A stretch of 64,000 nucleotides of DNA from Vitrella brassicaformis CCMP3155 (taxonomy: Eukaryota; Protista; Chromerida), in NCBI GenBank assembly GCA_001179505.1, contig CDMY01000531.1, positions 248,001 through 312,000 of the forward strand, written 5' to 3'. The first letter of the stretch is position 1, and each line of letters begins with the position of its first letter. Below, piece after piece: positions 36,501 to 48,114 of this stretch. Below the pieces are notes generated by a model, which saw nothing but the letters and a program-made list of their open reading frames with translations, did no database searches and was not told the origin of the DNA. Both the position numbers and the translations under genes were made by a program.

Positions 36501-37653
36501 TAATCGTCCTGCAGACCATCCATCCATCCAACACACACACACACACACACAACGAATGCGCCAGTCCACACAGCAGATGGCGCATTCTCATCTGCGCCTC
36601 AGCGCATCGTTGACCGCCTGCTGCTTGGCCTCGTCGGTCCCCTGTGTGCGCGCCAAGATGTCCCGAATCATCTCCCACGCGTTGCCGCAGATGATCAGGT
36701 GGTTGATAGACACGGAAACGAACGGGCCGGCTTCCAGTGAAAGTGTGGAGGTCCTGAAGCCTCGTGCGAGTGCCAGCTTCAGCGATTGGTCGACGGTGAG
36801 GTCGATGGGCGCCGAGATGTCGTAGAAGGAGTCTCTCTGCGCCCAGAACTCGCGATTGCGGCTGACAGAGGGACAGGAGGACAGACAGAATAATGAGGGC
36901 GGTGCTGTGTGTGGCTGGCTGCCGTGATGATAGATACGCACCGCAATGCCGTCCGAACGGCGTTGTCGACGTAGAAGCTCTGAAGCAGCAAAGACAGCCA
37001 TACGTCATACCCACACACACGCACACATCCACACACACACACGGATCAGCCCATTGGCCGTCCCCTTCTCCCTCCCTCTCACCAAGGCATTCCGCATCCT
37101 CGCGCGGATCTCCAGCGGCGCACCGGCATTGTCGATGGCGCTGACACTCATCGGCACCTCATTCCGCCACCGCACCGTCACCGCATACGTGTGGCCGCCA
37201 TAACAGTGCTCGAACGTCACGCGCCGGCTGCCGTCGCCCTGTATGTCCGTGTGGCGGATGGTGAGGAGGGCGGTGCCGGTGAAGAGGCACTCGCCCTGCA
37301 TGTTGAGCTCCTGGCTGAGCTTGGCCTTCATGTCGGCGACGATGCGGTTTTGCCTGCGGAAGTCGCCGGGCAGCTGGGGACTGAAGGAGATGCTGTAGAT
37401 GTGCAGGTTGGTGCCTGGCTTGAACTTCACACGGACTGCATAAGAACAGACACACACACAGAGAGAGAGAGAGAGAGATAGGGAACACGTGTGCGGTGTG
37501 CGCTGTGTGTGTAGGGTGTGCTGCCATCTTCCCATTCTTGTTTCGCTCACTTGGCAGGACGCTTGCGATGGCCTGGATCTGCCTGCCCTTGGTGTAGTGG
37601 CCAGGGCGGTCGATGGGCACGATGCGAAGCTGCTCCTGCCTCTGAGGCGCCAT
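33545..37653 (-). CDS. PIWI-type Argonaute (N, PAZ, MID, PIWI), multi-exon, catalytic residues substituted
   Basis: LHIYSISFSP; PAZ segment YTVERVDFAMTPDSQF...ITYREYFMERY; MID segment VYSGLKK...ACQCV...VKCGG; PIWI segment IVIYRDGV, NPPPATVFD, DFYMTHQ, SPTYY, YMNWSGPIRLPAPLMYAAKL, and terminal HLFFL*. Confidence 0.9.
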
Positions 37654-38663
37654 CTCACACTACACACGTCGTCACCGCAGTGAAGGTCACTGACACAGAT
37701 CTGCAAACACACACAGCACACACAGAGAGGGGGGGGAGGGGGAGATGATGCCTTGCCGAGCTGCGAGCAACCGTTCTGCATCGCGCACCTGCAAGCTTAG
37801 CGGACAGGTGGAGGGAACCCCCGCCGTACTAACTGTGGCTCGGGGTGGTGACTATGACGCAGGAGAGTCACTGACACCCGTAACACGCTTGCTGCTGGCG
37901 TGTTCCTGTTTCCCCTGGAGGGTTTGTAGGGTTTGATTGCCTCTCAGAAATTGAGCCGGGCGAACCCCCCGCGCGAATCTCCTCCAGCAATCGTTCACAG
38001 TCGGCATACAGTCGGCATGGAAAGAGAAGTGTGTGTGTGTGTCCATGTAGTATAAAAGCCATGCATAGCGATAGCATCCATCACACTGAGTGAATTGGCC
38101 AACTTCTCACAGAGGCAGGCAGGCATGCGATTGCACACCGGACGGACATATGGTTGGTTACTCACCCGGTCCATCCACTCACCACCCACCTACACGCCGC
38201 CTGCTAGTGCCCCGCGCATGATAAAGCGAGACCGCTCTGGATGCCGCGGCAGTGCACCACCCACCACCCACCTCCCATCGACCTGTACACACGAAAAACA
38301 ACCTGAACTTTCTTCTTCCCCCCTCTCTACAAGTGTGAGCTGGCGGCCTGCCTGCCTGCCTGCGATACATGTGTGTCGAGTCAGCACCCATCGATCCATC
38401 CATCCAGCGTGCAATGCACCTCCGAAGAAAGAGGTCCAAGACAGACAGGCACACAACACAACACATGACATGAATGACACGCACATCGATCGCGTGGAGC
38501 GAGCCGGCCGGCCCTCAGTCGGGAAGGAGGCGACCGCGGCTGCGCTGCCCGACAAAAAACAGACGTAGGTGTGATGCATGGATGGATGGATGGATGTATG
38601 TATGCTCCGCATCAATAAGACGTAGCAACGCATGGGTGAGAGTGCACTGGGCAAGTGGGTGAA

Positions 38664-38699
<36 letters not shown>

Positions 38700-39263
38700 C
38701 CTGCCTGTCTGCAGGAAGGTTTGTATGTATCAGCGAGATCCCTCTCGTCTGTCTGTTGAAATCCCTCCTCCCCTCCCTCCCTCCCTCCCTCCCTCCGTCT
38801 CTCGTTCGTGTGTCTGAGTCATTTTTCTCAGCAGCGCCCCTCGATGGTTGTTCCGTTCCGCACATGAATGGATGGCCCCCTCGCCAGTTGGTGGCGAAGT
38901 CGCCCTCCATTCACGACAGAGAAAGAACAGCCCACCAAGCAGCAGCAGCAGGAAGTAGGTATGTGCAGGCAACAGAGCAAAACAAACACGGCGCCTCTCA
39001 CTGCACACCGCCGTGCCTGCAGGTCTATGAATGAATGGATGGATGGACTGGCTGGGGGGATGGGGGTGAGAGACAGAGGAGTTAGGTGAGTGCCAAATGG
39101 ATAGATCAAAACCGAAGACAGATAAGACAAGGAGAGAAGGAGAGACAGAAAAATAGCCAGCCAGCACTGGCAAGCCGGCCGGCTCTGCTCTGCTCTCGAC
39201 GTCCTCCCCCTCCCTACGTACACACCGCACCGCCCCCGCCACGGCAGCCCGATACGATCTGTG

Positions 39264-42200
39264 CTACTTCCCCGCCCCCAGCCATGAAGCCATCCACCCT
39301 GACTGCTGCTGCCGTTGCTGGGCACTGTCGCCCTTCGGCGCCTCAAGGACGATGTTGTCCACAAGCCGACAGGAAGGGCCCACCGACGCACCTGACACGA
39401 CACAGAAACGCCACGCCCACCACACACGTGCAGAGAGAGAACATCCGCCGTGGTCTGCCTGCGTGTGTTCTGTTCCTTACCGATAGCGACGCAGTAGCTC
39501 TTTGTGGGCTGCAGCACGTCGGCTGCCTTGCCCGTGTAAAGGTCGCACACAGTGATGTAGTCCACAGACAGACCGTGAGACGCCGCAAACACCCGCCCAG
39601 CCTCAGTCAGCACCCCGGCGTCCCGCTCTCCACGCCGGTGCTGCGCCTCGACGGCCTGCAGCGTCTGGTAGATGAGCGGCGCCCTCTTCCTCTCCTCCGG
39701 GGTGAGCCGTGCGTTGCGTGATGCGAAGGCCAGGCCGTCCTTCTCGCGGACCGTCGGCACCACTGCCACCTGCAGCAGAGAAAGAGGAGATGGGATGGAG
39801 CCATGGATTGAGGGAGGGAGGGAGGGGGAATGGGGTTACCTCGACGTCAGGGAAGAACTCGGCGCACAGTTTGCGCACGATGACGGTCTGTAGGAAGTCC
39901 TTCTGGCCAAACACGACCACCGATGGCCTGCGGACACACGAGAGAAGACAATTCAGCGACGTGTGCAGAGCGTCCTCTCACTTGCCCTTGCTCACCTTGT
40001 CCATGCGAAGAACTTCGTCAGGACGGTTCCAATGCCCCGGAAGAAGCTGAGTGAGACCAGCAGATTGACGTGTGTGCCCCCTTTCGGCCATCCATCTGTA
40101 TCCCTCGTCGCTCACACACTCACCCAGGTCGTTCCTTGCCCTCTCCGTCGACCGCCTCGATGCCGGCGAAGTCCACACGCGCCGGGAAGCTGTCCTCTGT
40201 GTGTGTGCAGAGACAAAGAAAGGGGCCATTCCACTCCATCCGCTGCGCTGCATGGTGATAATCCATCCGTACCAGCTGTGGGGTATATGTCCTGCACATT
40301 CGGGGTGAAGATGACCTCGACATTCCTGTCCCTCAGCTTGGCGATGTCCTCATCCAGACGCATTGGGTAGGTCTCAAAATCCTGCACAACCACCAACACA
40401 CAAAGCATGACAGCAGGAGCGATGCGGCGTAGACAGAGGCTCGCGAGGCAGCACGGACCTTGGCCGACTGGAACTGCAGCTGGTTGAGGAAGAGGCTCGT
40501 CCACACACGGTCACCGCGACGAGACGCCTCGTCAAGCTGACGGATCGCCCCAGACATCCATCCATCCAGACTGCATGAATGAATCCCTTGGAACCAACCC
40601 TTTTCTCCCCAGCTCACCAGTGCCATGTGCCCGTCGTGCAGGCCACCTAGGAAGGGCACGAACGCCACACGAGCCGACGCTGGCAGGGTGGACCGCACAC
40701 CCATCAGCTCACTGGGTGTCTTGCACACACGAGTGGCCATCGGTGGGCTGGTGGCCGCGGCTGTGGGTGCGAGGGCTGCATGGGTCTCCTTTGCCGCTGT
40801 TGGCTGTGGTGGTAGTGGTGGGGATGCTGGTGCTGGTGGGGTGGTCTGCCGCTGTTCCTCGAGCGCTTTGATCAGGTGGACGAGCATCTCGTTGACGGGC
40901 GCAGAGAGGCCGACCTTCCGCGCCTCAGACGCGATGGCGCCACAAATCGCCGAAATCTCGGTGGGGAGCCTGAAACAGATATACACCCATCCCATAGGAA
41001 GTCCATCTGCCTTGTCGTGTTCTCCATCCACCACCCACCTCATCCACCACCCACCTGTTCTCCACATCAGTGCGCATCGATGACGTGTTCGCGGCCGTGG
41101 TTTCAGCGGCCCTCTGCACCACCTTGACGAGATTCGACCCCTCGGGCAGCCGGATGCCTCGCGCGCGGCCTACCTCAGAGACCTGAACAGACCAGGAAAG
41201 GTGCGTGCGTGTGTGCGTTGGAATACTCTCGGGCGTAGGTGGCGGTGGGGGGTACCAACCTCCTGTGCGATTTGGGAGATGAGGGGCTCGAAGTGAGGCC
41301 GTGTGAGAGCACCGTTGTTGACGCCATACAACGCCGTCAGGGGATTCACGACGGCTGACACACACAGGCGACAACACAAGTTGAACATGGGGATGCCAAG
41401 GAAAGGCTGGCTGCTCACCATTGATGGCCAACTTGTGCCAGATGGTCTCCAGCACATCTTGCGACCGCACCGTGCGCGTCGTCAAAGCCGCCGCGTTCAA
41501 CAGATCCCTCACCCGCTCCACACACGCCTCGTCCTTCCTCTCCGCCGCCCCGATGACCGTCTCGCCCTCCCCCATCCGCCACACACGGCCCTCGTCCCCG
41601 GCACGCACAAGCGCCCCATTGGTGGTGGTGCCCAGCAGCAGCTTCGGGCCGTCGCGGCCTTTGAAGGCCTTCTTCAGCTCTAGCGGCGCGTCGAGGCCGT
41701 TCTGCAGGGAGAGGACGCAGCCGTCGGGCCTCACAGCCCTCCTGGCGAGCTTGGCCGCCCGTTCGGTGTCGGCGCTTTTGATCAGGATGATGGCGAGGTC
41801 GAAGGCGCCTTGTGGTAGGGTGGTGTCGTCAGTGACGACGTCCAGGGTGACGGGCGGGCCGTGGGGATTGCCCAAGGGGTCCACACACGACAGACCGCCG
41901 CCAGAAGAGATCGCACTCGCTGAGGAGAGACACAATTCCATATATGTGAGCGATGGTGCGGTATTTTCTCGGTGGGCTGACCTTGCTGTTGCCACCGCGT
42001 CGCGACGGTGACGGCTACATCCCCCTTGGTGGCGAGCATGTAGGCCACAAGTGACGCCATGCCCCCCGAACCGATCACCAACACCCTCTTCAACCCACCA
42101 GCCACCATGCCACCAACACCAGACGCAGATAAGGCCGGCTCACCCCCCTGATCAACCACAACATCAGCCGGAGACAGTGGCTCGCCCTCTGTCCATCGGA

Positions 42201-43771
42201 TGAAGGCGTCCCTCTCGCCGGGATCCATCAAGAACGAGTTGTGCTGCGGGTGGGGGAAGGTCTCCCGCTCCACTGCTGTGGCGTACTCCTCGACTGCTTT
42301 GGCGGTCTGCCGCCAGCCGTCGCCAAAGCGCCTGACGAACTTGAGGGAGAGGGAGCCGGGCGACTGCAGGCCCAATACGTCATGCCACACCAACACCTGC
42401 CCGTCACAGTGAGGCCCTGCAGTGCACACGAACAAACACACAGAGAGGGAGGGGGATGCGTGTGTGGAGGGCTTTGCGTTTGTCTGTGTGTGGACCTGCG
42501 CCAATGCCGATGGTCGGGATGGTGAGTCTGCGTGAGATCTCTTCAGCAACCTCTGAGCACACCTTCTCCAGGACGATCATGCAGCAGCCGGCAGCCTCGA
42601 GCGCCTGCGCCTCCTCGACCAAATACTGCACCCACCCATACACAACATCAGCCACCCAGACAGCACAGCACCTCTGGTTGCGAGTGCCGCCACTTGATGT
42701 GCCCTGGTCTCTACCTGGGCATCTTTGGCCGTCTTGCCCCTCGCAAGGAAGTTCTCGGCCGTCTGCGGCAGCACACCCGTGTGGCCCACGACCGGCGTCA
42801 GCTGACTCACGGCCTGCATACACCAACAGACAGACAGCCACACGGGAGTCTTGATCCCTCCCTCATATCATTGTATAGGTGGGCAGTTTACCTTGATTTG
42901 CTCGTACATGGGTCCCTCGATCTTGACGGCGGCCACGCCGCCCTCGTTGACGAAGCGAATGGCGTTTTGGACGGCCCTGTCGACGGTGCTGTAGCTGCCG
43001 AATGGCATGTCGCCGATGACGAAACACCGCGAGTTGCCGCGGGTGACTGACTTGCAGTGATATAGCATCTCGTCCATGCCGATCTGAAGATGAGATGAAT
43101 GATGGACCACCAGAGCTGCTGTGAATGGGGTTTTCCTCTGGTTTGGTTTGGTTTGGTTTGTGCAGCGTCAGTCACCTGGTTGGTGCGTGCGTGTCCGAGC
43201 ACCACGTTGGCCAGCGAGTCGCCCACAAGGATGCAATCCAGCACTGATGGACAAGAAAACAACAAAACGCGCCCTCTCATCAGCACGCCCGTTGAAAGAC
43301 CAGCTCTCCAACTGCCGCCTACTTGCAGAATTGGCCACTTGTGCGCCGATGAAGTCATACGCTGCAGGCAGGCAGGCAGGATAAGAACAACACAACACAC
43401 ACACGGGGATGGATGCCGTCCGCCCGATGCATCAGATCTGATGCTTACACATGCAGACACACAGACAGTTTTCCTCTCTCACCGGTGATGACGGTGATCT
43501 TCCTCCTCTCCTTCTTCTTCCGCAGCAGATCTCTCATCTTCAGCGACTTGACACCGCCGCCGCCACTCGCATACAACGTCCGCACACCGCCCATTCGCCG
43601 CCAATCATCACTCATGGGCGGCATCCGGCTTACCGCTGCCGGCGGTCTCGCCACGCACAGGCTGTGCAGCGCCATCCGGCTGACCGGCAGCGCACCTGAC
43701 GCCCTGGCTGCCGCCTGGCTGACTAGAGACCGACTTGAGGACAGAACTCGATGAACACTCAGTCCTTTCAT
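39264..43771 (-). CDS. Trifunctional pantothenate biosynthesis protein PanB(KPHMT)-PanE(KPR)-PanC(pantothenate synthetase) with organellar presequence
   Basis: PanB: AYDF, ILVGDSL, GDMPFGSY, VKIEG, VGHTG, TIGIGAG, GQVLVWHD. PanE: VLVIGSGG, SLQNG, IWHKLAINAVVNPLTAL, SSMRTD, TEISAICG. PanC: LHDGH, FGQKD, VREKDGLAFASRN, RLVDN. Both domain junctions lie inside single open exons. Confidence 0.9.
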
Positions 43772-44049
43772 CTTTCAACTCGGCGATGACTTGCGGATCC
43801 GAGTACGGCCTCCATGATGCTCACGCTGACGCGGTGACGGGACAAACAGGGAGATCGCGCACAGCTAAGCTCGCAGCCTTCCTCAAGCTCGCATTTGGCG
43901 GCGCATGGAGAGAGGGTCGCGGGTAGCGTCTGTGTAGTGGCTCGGCAGCAATGTTTGCCGAGCGCTGATTCAGCTTGCCTCTACCTCGCGCGACTCTCGT
44001 GGGAAGCGTTGCCGTGAAGGCCGGCGAGGCGCCGCGGGATCAGATCCCC

Positions 44050-46720
44050 ATGGCCGAGGTGATGGATGCCGTCCGTCCCTCCACCCCCACCCCCACCCCC
44101 CACCCCAGATCCTCCCTCCCCCTCTCCGCCACCTTCCCCGCCAGCAACCTCGATTTTACGCTGCCGCCGCAGCACCACCACCTGCACACAACGGCCAAGA
44201 CCGTCACGCGCATGCCCGTCATTATCAACCAGCAGACGACCGCTTCATCGGCCCTGCCGCAGTGCGATGGTGACGACGGCTCGTGTGTGGCCTCGCCGAG
44301 GTCGCAAGGCGAGGACCAGGCCGCTCCGAAGACGGTGCGGCGTGTGGCAGACCTGTTTTGGGGCATTCGGGGGAGGCAGAGGGAGGGGGAGAGGAAGGGC
44401 GCCAAGGCGGCCAGCGAGGCGCATCATGTTTCAGAAGAACGTAAGGAGAGATGAGATGGAACACAACACAACAAAATGATGGATGGATGCATGCCTGCCT
44501 GCCTGTTTGTCTGTTTGTTTGTCAGGTGTGCGGGGGGATTTCGATGCTGCGGATGCATGGTTGCGGCGTGAGCTTGACGTGGGCCACATCGTGCCGGTCG
44601 GTGCCCTGACGATGCTCAAGAAGCCAAGGGGATGCAACGCATTCACCTCGGTGAGCAAAGCGCTGACCATGATCAGCCAGCCAGCCACCCCGTCGCCCGC
44701 GCCTCGGTGTGTCTGCGTTTGCAGGTCCAGCGTGCAACCCTCGAATGGCAGTATGTCGATATCATATGGATTGACGCAAGAGGTGCGTTGACGTGACGTG
44801 CGACACACTCATACACAAGAAGCCATCGGTCGCTTCCATCCATCCATCCATCCACTCATTTATAATGTCCTGCAGCTCTATCGAGGCACCGTCACTCGTA
44901 CATGCGGACGCCCGCGCTGATGGAGCTGCTGGACAACGGCATCTTCAACCTCAGAAACGCCGGCACAGCCATCGCAGTGCCCTTCAGGGGCGTCGTGTGC
45001 AGCTATCCACGGATCGGTATCATCACAGAGGCGCAGGGAATGCCGCTCGCTAAGGTAGGGAATCAGCCACACCTCTCACACGAGAGATGTGCATCTGTGT
45101 GTGTGTGTGTGTGTGGTGTTGACAGTTTCTGCGTGAGTATCCTGACGTGATTCGGGTTGAGGAGCACCGTTGGTCGATCATGGAGCAGCTGGCCAGGGCG
45201 GTGGAGAGCCTGCACTGCCGCAAGACGCCCATCATGCACAGAGACATCTCAGAGCACACCGTCATGCTCCAATGGGTCAGCCAAATCAGCCAGCCCGCCA
45301 CTCCGACCAAAGCATAGACACCAACACGCCCCTCCCTCTCTCTCTCGCTCAACACATCAGGAGTATGAGGTGGTTCACCAGACGCCCACGTACATGGATC
45401 TGAAGCCCCGTGTCCGCCTGCGTCTGTCGCACTTCCTCTACTCGAGCGAGGTGTCGGCCACCAGCTGCATAGACGACCCCCCCACCGGCCCTTGTCTGCA
45501 CTACATGGCGCCGGAGGAGATCGTCGTGCCGTCAAGACACACCAGAATGGTATGTATTGTATGTATGTGGCGGGCTGGGGAAACAAACGGGAGGGATGAC
45601 TCTCTCTGTGTTTGTTGTGTGGCTGTGGGTGTAGGCGTGTCTGAAGTCTGATGTGTGGCGGGTGATGCTCATATTCCGGCTGCTGCACGGCCTGCACCTC
45701 AACACAAAGGTCAGTCAGTCTGACGTCGATAGCCATCCATCCATCCATCTGTCTGTCTCTACACGCGTGGTGTGCGTCTGTCCCTCTCCCTCAATCGGTC
45801 AATTGGTCAGGATGCGGCCGACGAGTATGATTTGTGGGCCGAGCTGTGTCGACTGGTGCCGGTGCGTTACGGCAAGCAGGAGGCCGAGTACATCACGCCG
45901 CTGCCCAAGATGATCAACGCCATGTCATCCCTCCTACCCGAATACAGATGGAACTCATCTCAGGTACGTGAGCCCTTTTCTCCACACGTCACCCCTTCCA
46001 CGCCCACACCCACACCCCTCTCGCTCTCTCTGTGTGCGTCACACACATACTAACAGGTGTTGAGTGTGCTGCATCGGCCAGCGACGGCCTACAGCCTGCC
46101 GCACGCGCCGTCGGGTCTCCTGAGGAGCGTCCCGGACACCTCCACCCCCTACCCGCGATATGACCCCGTGGTGCAGAAGCTCAACCCTCCGGCGCACTTC
46201 CTGGGCGGCAGTGACGTCAAGCAGCCGTGCATTCTCATTGTGCCCCACTTCGGGAGAGTCTGGTCAGTAGATAGATAAAACGGAGAGTGGGCGGCAGTGG
46301 AGAAATGCTCATGTCCATGTCCATGTGTGTGGTGTGTGCAGGGGCACGTTGTCTCCCTCCGAGTATTGCGACATCTGCCTGACGCCCTGCTCGCCCATCC
46401 CGCCGCCGAACGAGTCGTGCTGCCTCTCGTGCGGCTGCACACACGTGCCCACCAAGATGCCCCTCTACAGCGGCCATCACGCAGCCGCCGGGCCCACCCT
46501 CACCCGTCTGCGCGCCCCGCCGGCCCTTCCCCAGGGCATGCCGCCCCCCTTCTACTACCCCTCGGTGCACGGACATGCACCTGCACCCCCAGCCATGCTG
46601 CCCTATTATCCCTACTACCCGCCCTCTTCGTTGGGTGGGTATGGCTGTGGCTATGGGTATGGGTACCCCCACTACCTGGATCATGTCATGTACGGCGGTA
46701 ACAGAGAGGCGGGGGCGTGA
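44050..46720 (+). CDS. TKL-like pseudokinase with disordered N-terminus and Cys-rich, Pro/Tyr-rich C-terminus
   Basis: EQLARAVESLHCRKTPIMHRDISEHTVML, RLSHF in place of DFG, HYMAPEE, KSDVW. Boundaries and some exons are uncertain. Confidence 0.55.
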
Positions 46721-47398
46721 CGGGACTTGAGAGATGGGTGCTGGCTCGCGAGTGGGTGCGGGGTGGCTGGGTGGGACGGTGTGGTGGCATGGGTGTTTTT
46801 TGCCATACACATGCGTTCATTGGGGGATCGATGGCTGGATGGATGGATGGACTGACGGATTGATGTCGTGCTGGTGCTGTGGTTTGTAAGGGCTCTCTCC
46901 CTGGCTCTGTGCGTGCCGTCACTGCTAGAATCTTTCTTTCGCAATTGACTCGCTAACGGGCCACTTTCCGGGGGCGAGCGAGCTGCGAAGGAGAGATTCT
47001 AGCAGTGATGGTGCAGGTGCCAGGCAGGCCCTCGTTCCGTGCTTTTATCCAAAGAATGCATGTGTGGGCCCCTGTGGCCCTCTATCTCCCCGCTCTCTGC
47101 CGTGGGCGGTTCCAAGTTACTTTTATTTCAGCTCCCTTTGTGTGCCTCTTATCCACATGTATGTCTGTGCGGACAATTAACGACAGAACACAGCGCGAGT
47201 GTCTTTATGCGAAACGAGATGAGTAAGTCCATCCTGCCTGCCTGCCTGCCTGCCTGTCTCTTTCTTCATTCATGTGTACACTAACTATGGCGAGTGGCCG
47301 GCGGGCTGGTCGTCTTGACCGTCCTGATGCGTGGATGGATGGATGAGTGGTGTGAGGAATGCATGCACGACTGCACATTTTTCCCGTGCTGCCCCCCC

Positions 47399-47698
47399 NN
47401 NNNNNNNNNNNNNNNNNNNNNNNNNNNNNNNNNNNNNNNNNNNNNNNNNNNNNNNNNNNNNNNNNNNNNNNNNNNNNNNNNNNNNNNNNNNNNNNNNNNN
47501 NNNNNNNNNNNNNNNNNNNNNNNNNNNNNNNNNNNNNNNNNNNNNNNNNNNNNNNNNNNNNNNNNNNNNNNNNNNNNNNNNNNNNNNNNNNNNNNNNNNN
47601 NNNNNNNNNNNNNNNNNNNNNNNNNNNNNNNNNNNNNNNNNNNNNNNNNNNNNNNNNNNNNNNNNNNNNNNNNNNNNNNNNNNNNNNNNNNNNNNNNN
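47399..47698. other. Scaffold gap (300 N), flanked by poly-C
   Basis: Direct count. Confidence 1.
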
Positions 47699-48114
47699 CC
47701 CCCCCCCCCCCCCCCCCCCTGTCGATGAATGCAATGCACCAAGTGCAGCAGAGGTCCGTCGCTGCGCGACAATCACACACCGACAGTTCACTCAACACAA
47801 ATGGACAGACCAGCCCCTGACGAGCTGTCTGTCTGAGCTCGACACCTACTGCTGAACCAGATTAAAGCCAGCCCGCCAGCCGGTCAGTCGTCTCGAGGAA
47901 CATCGCCAATGACGGCCTTCCACGTACCTGCACATACACAAACACAGAGAGAGAGAGAGATGTGTGTGTGGTGTGTCGTGTGCGTACCGCCATATGTTTG
48001 GGATGAGGGCATGGCCATGCCGTCGCTGCCGACAGTCGCATGGCGAGAGCTGTCAGCACCACACACTGACGGCAACACAAGCGACACACTGCAGATAGCA
48101 CCGCTGTTCCTGTC

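Noticed and set aside
47862-48110. Short minus-strand exon-like pieces upstream of the first cassette
   Set aside because: I could not join them into a coherent frame and found no recognisable motif.
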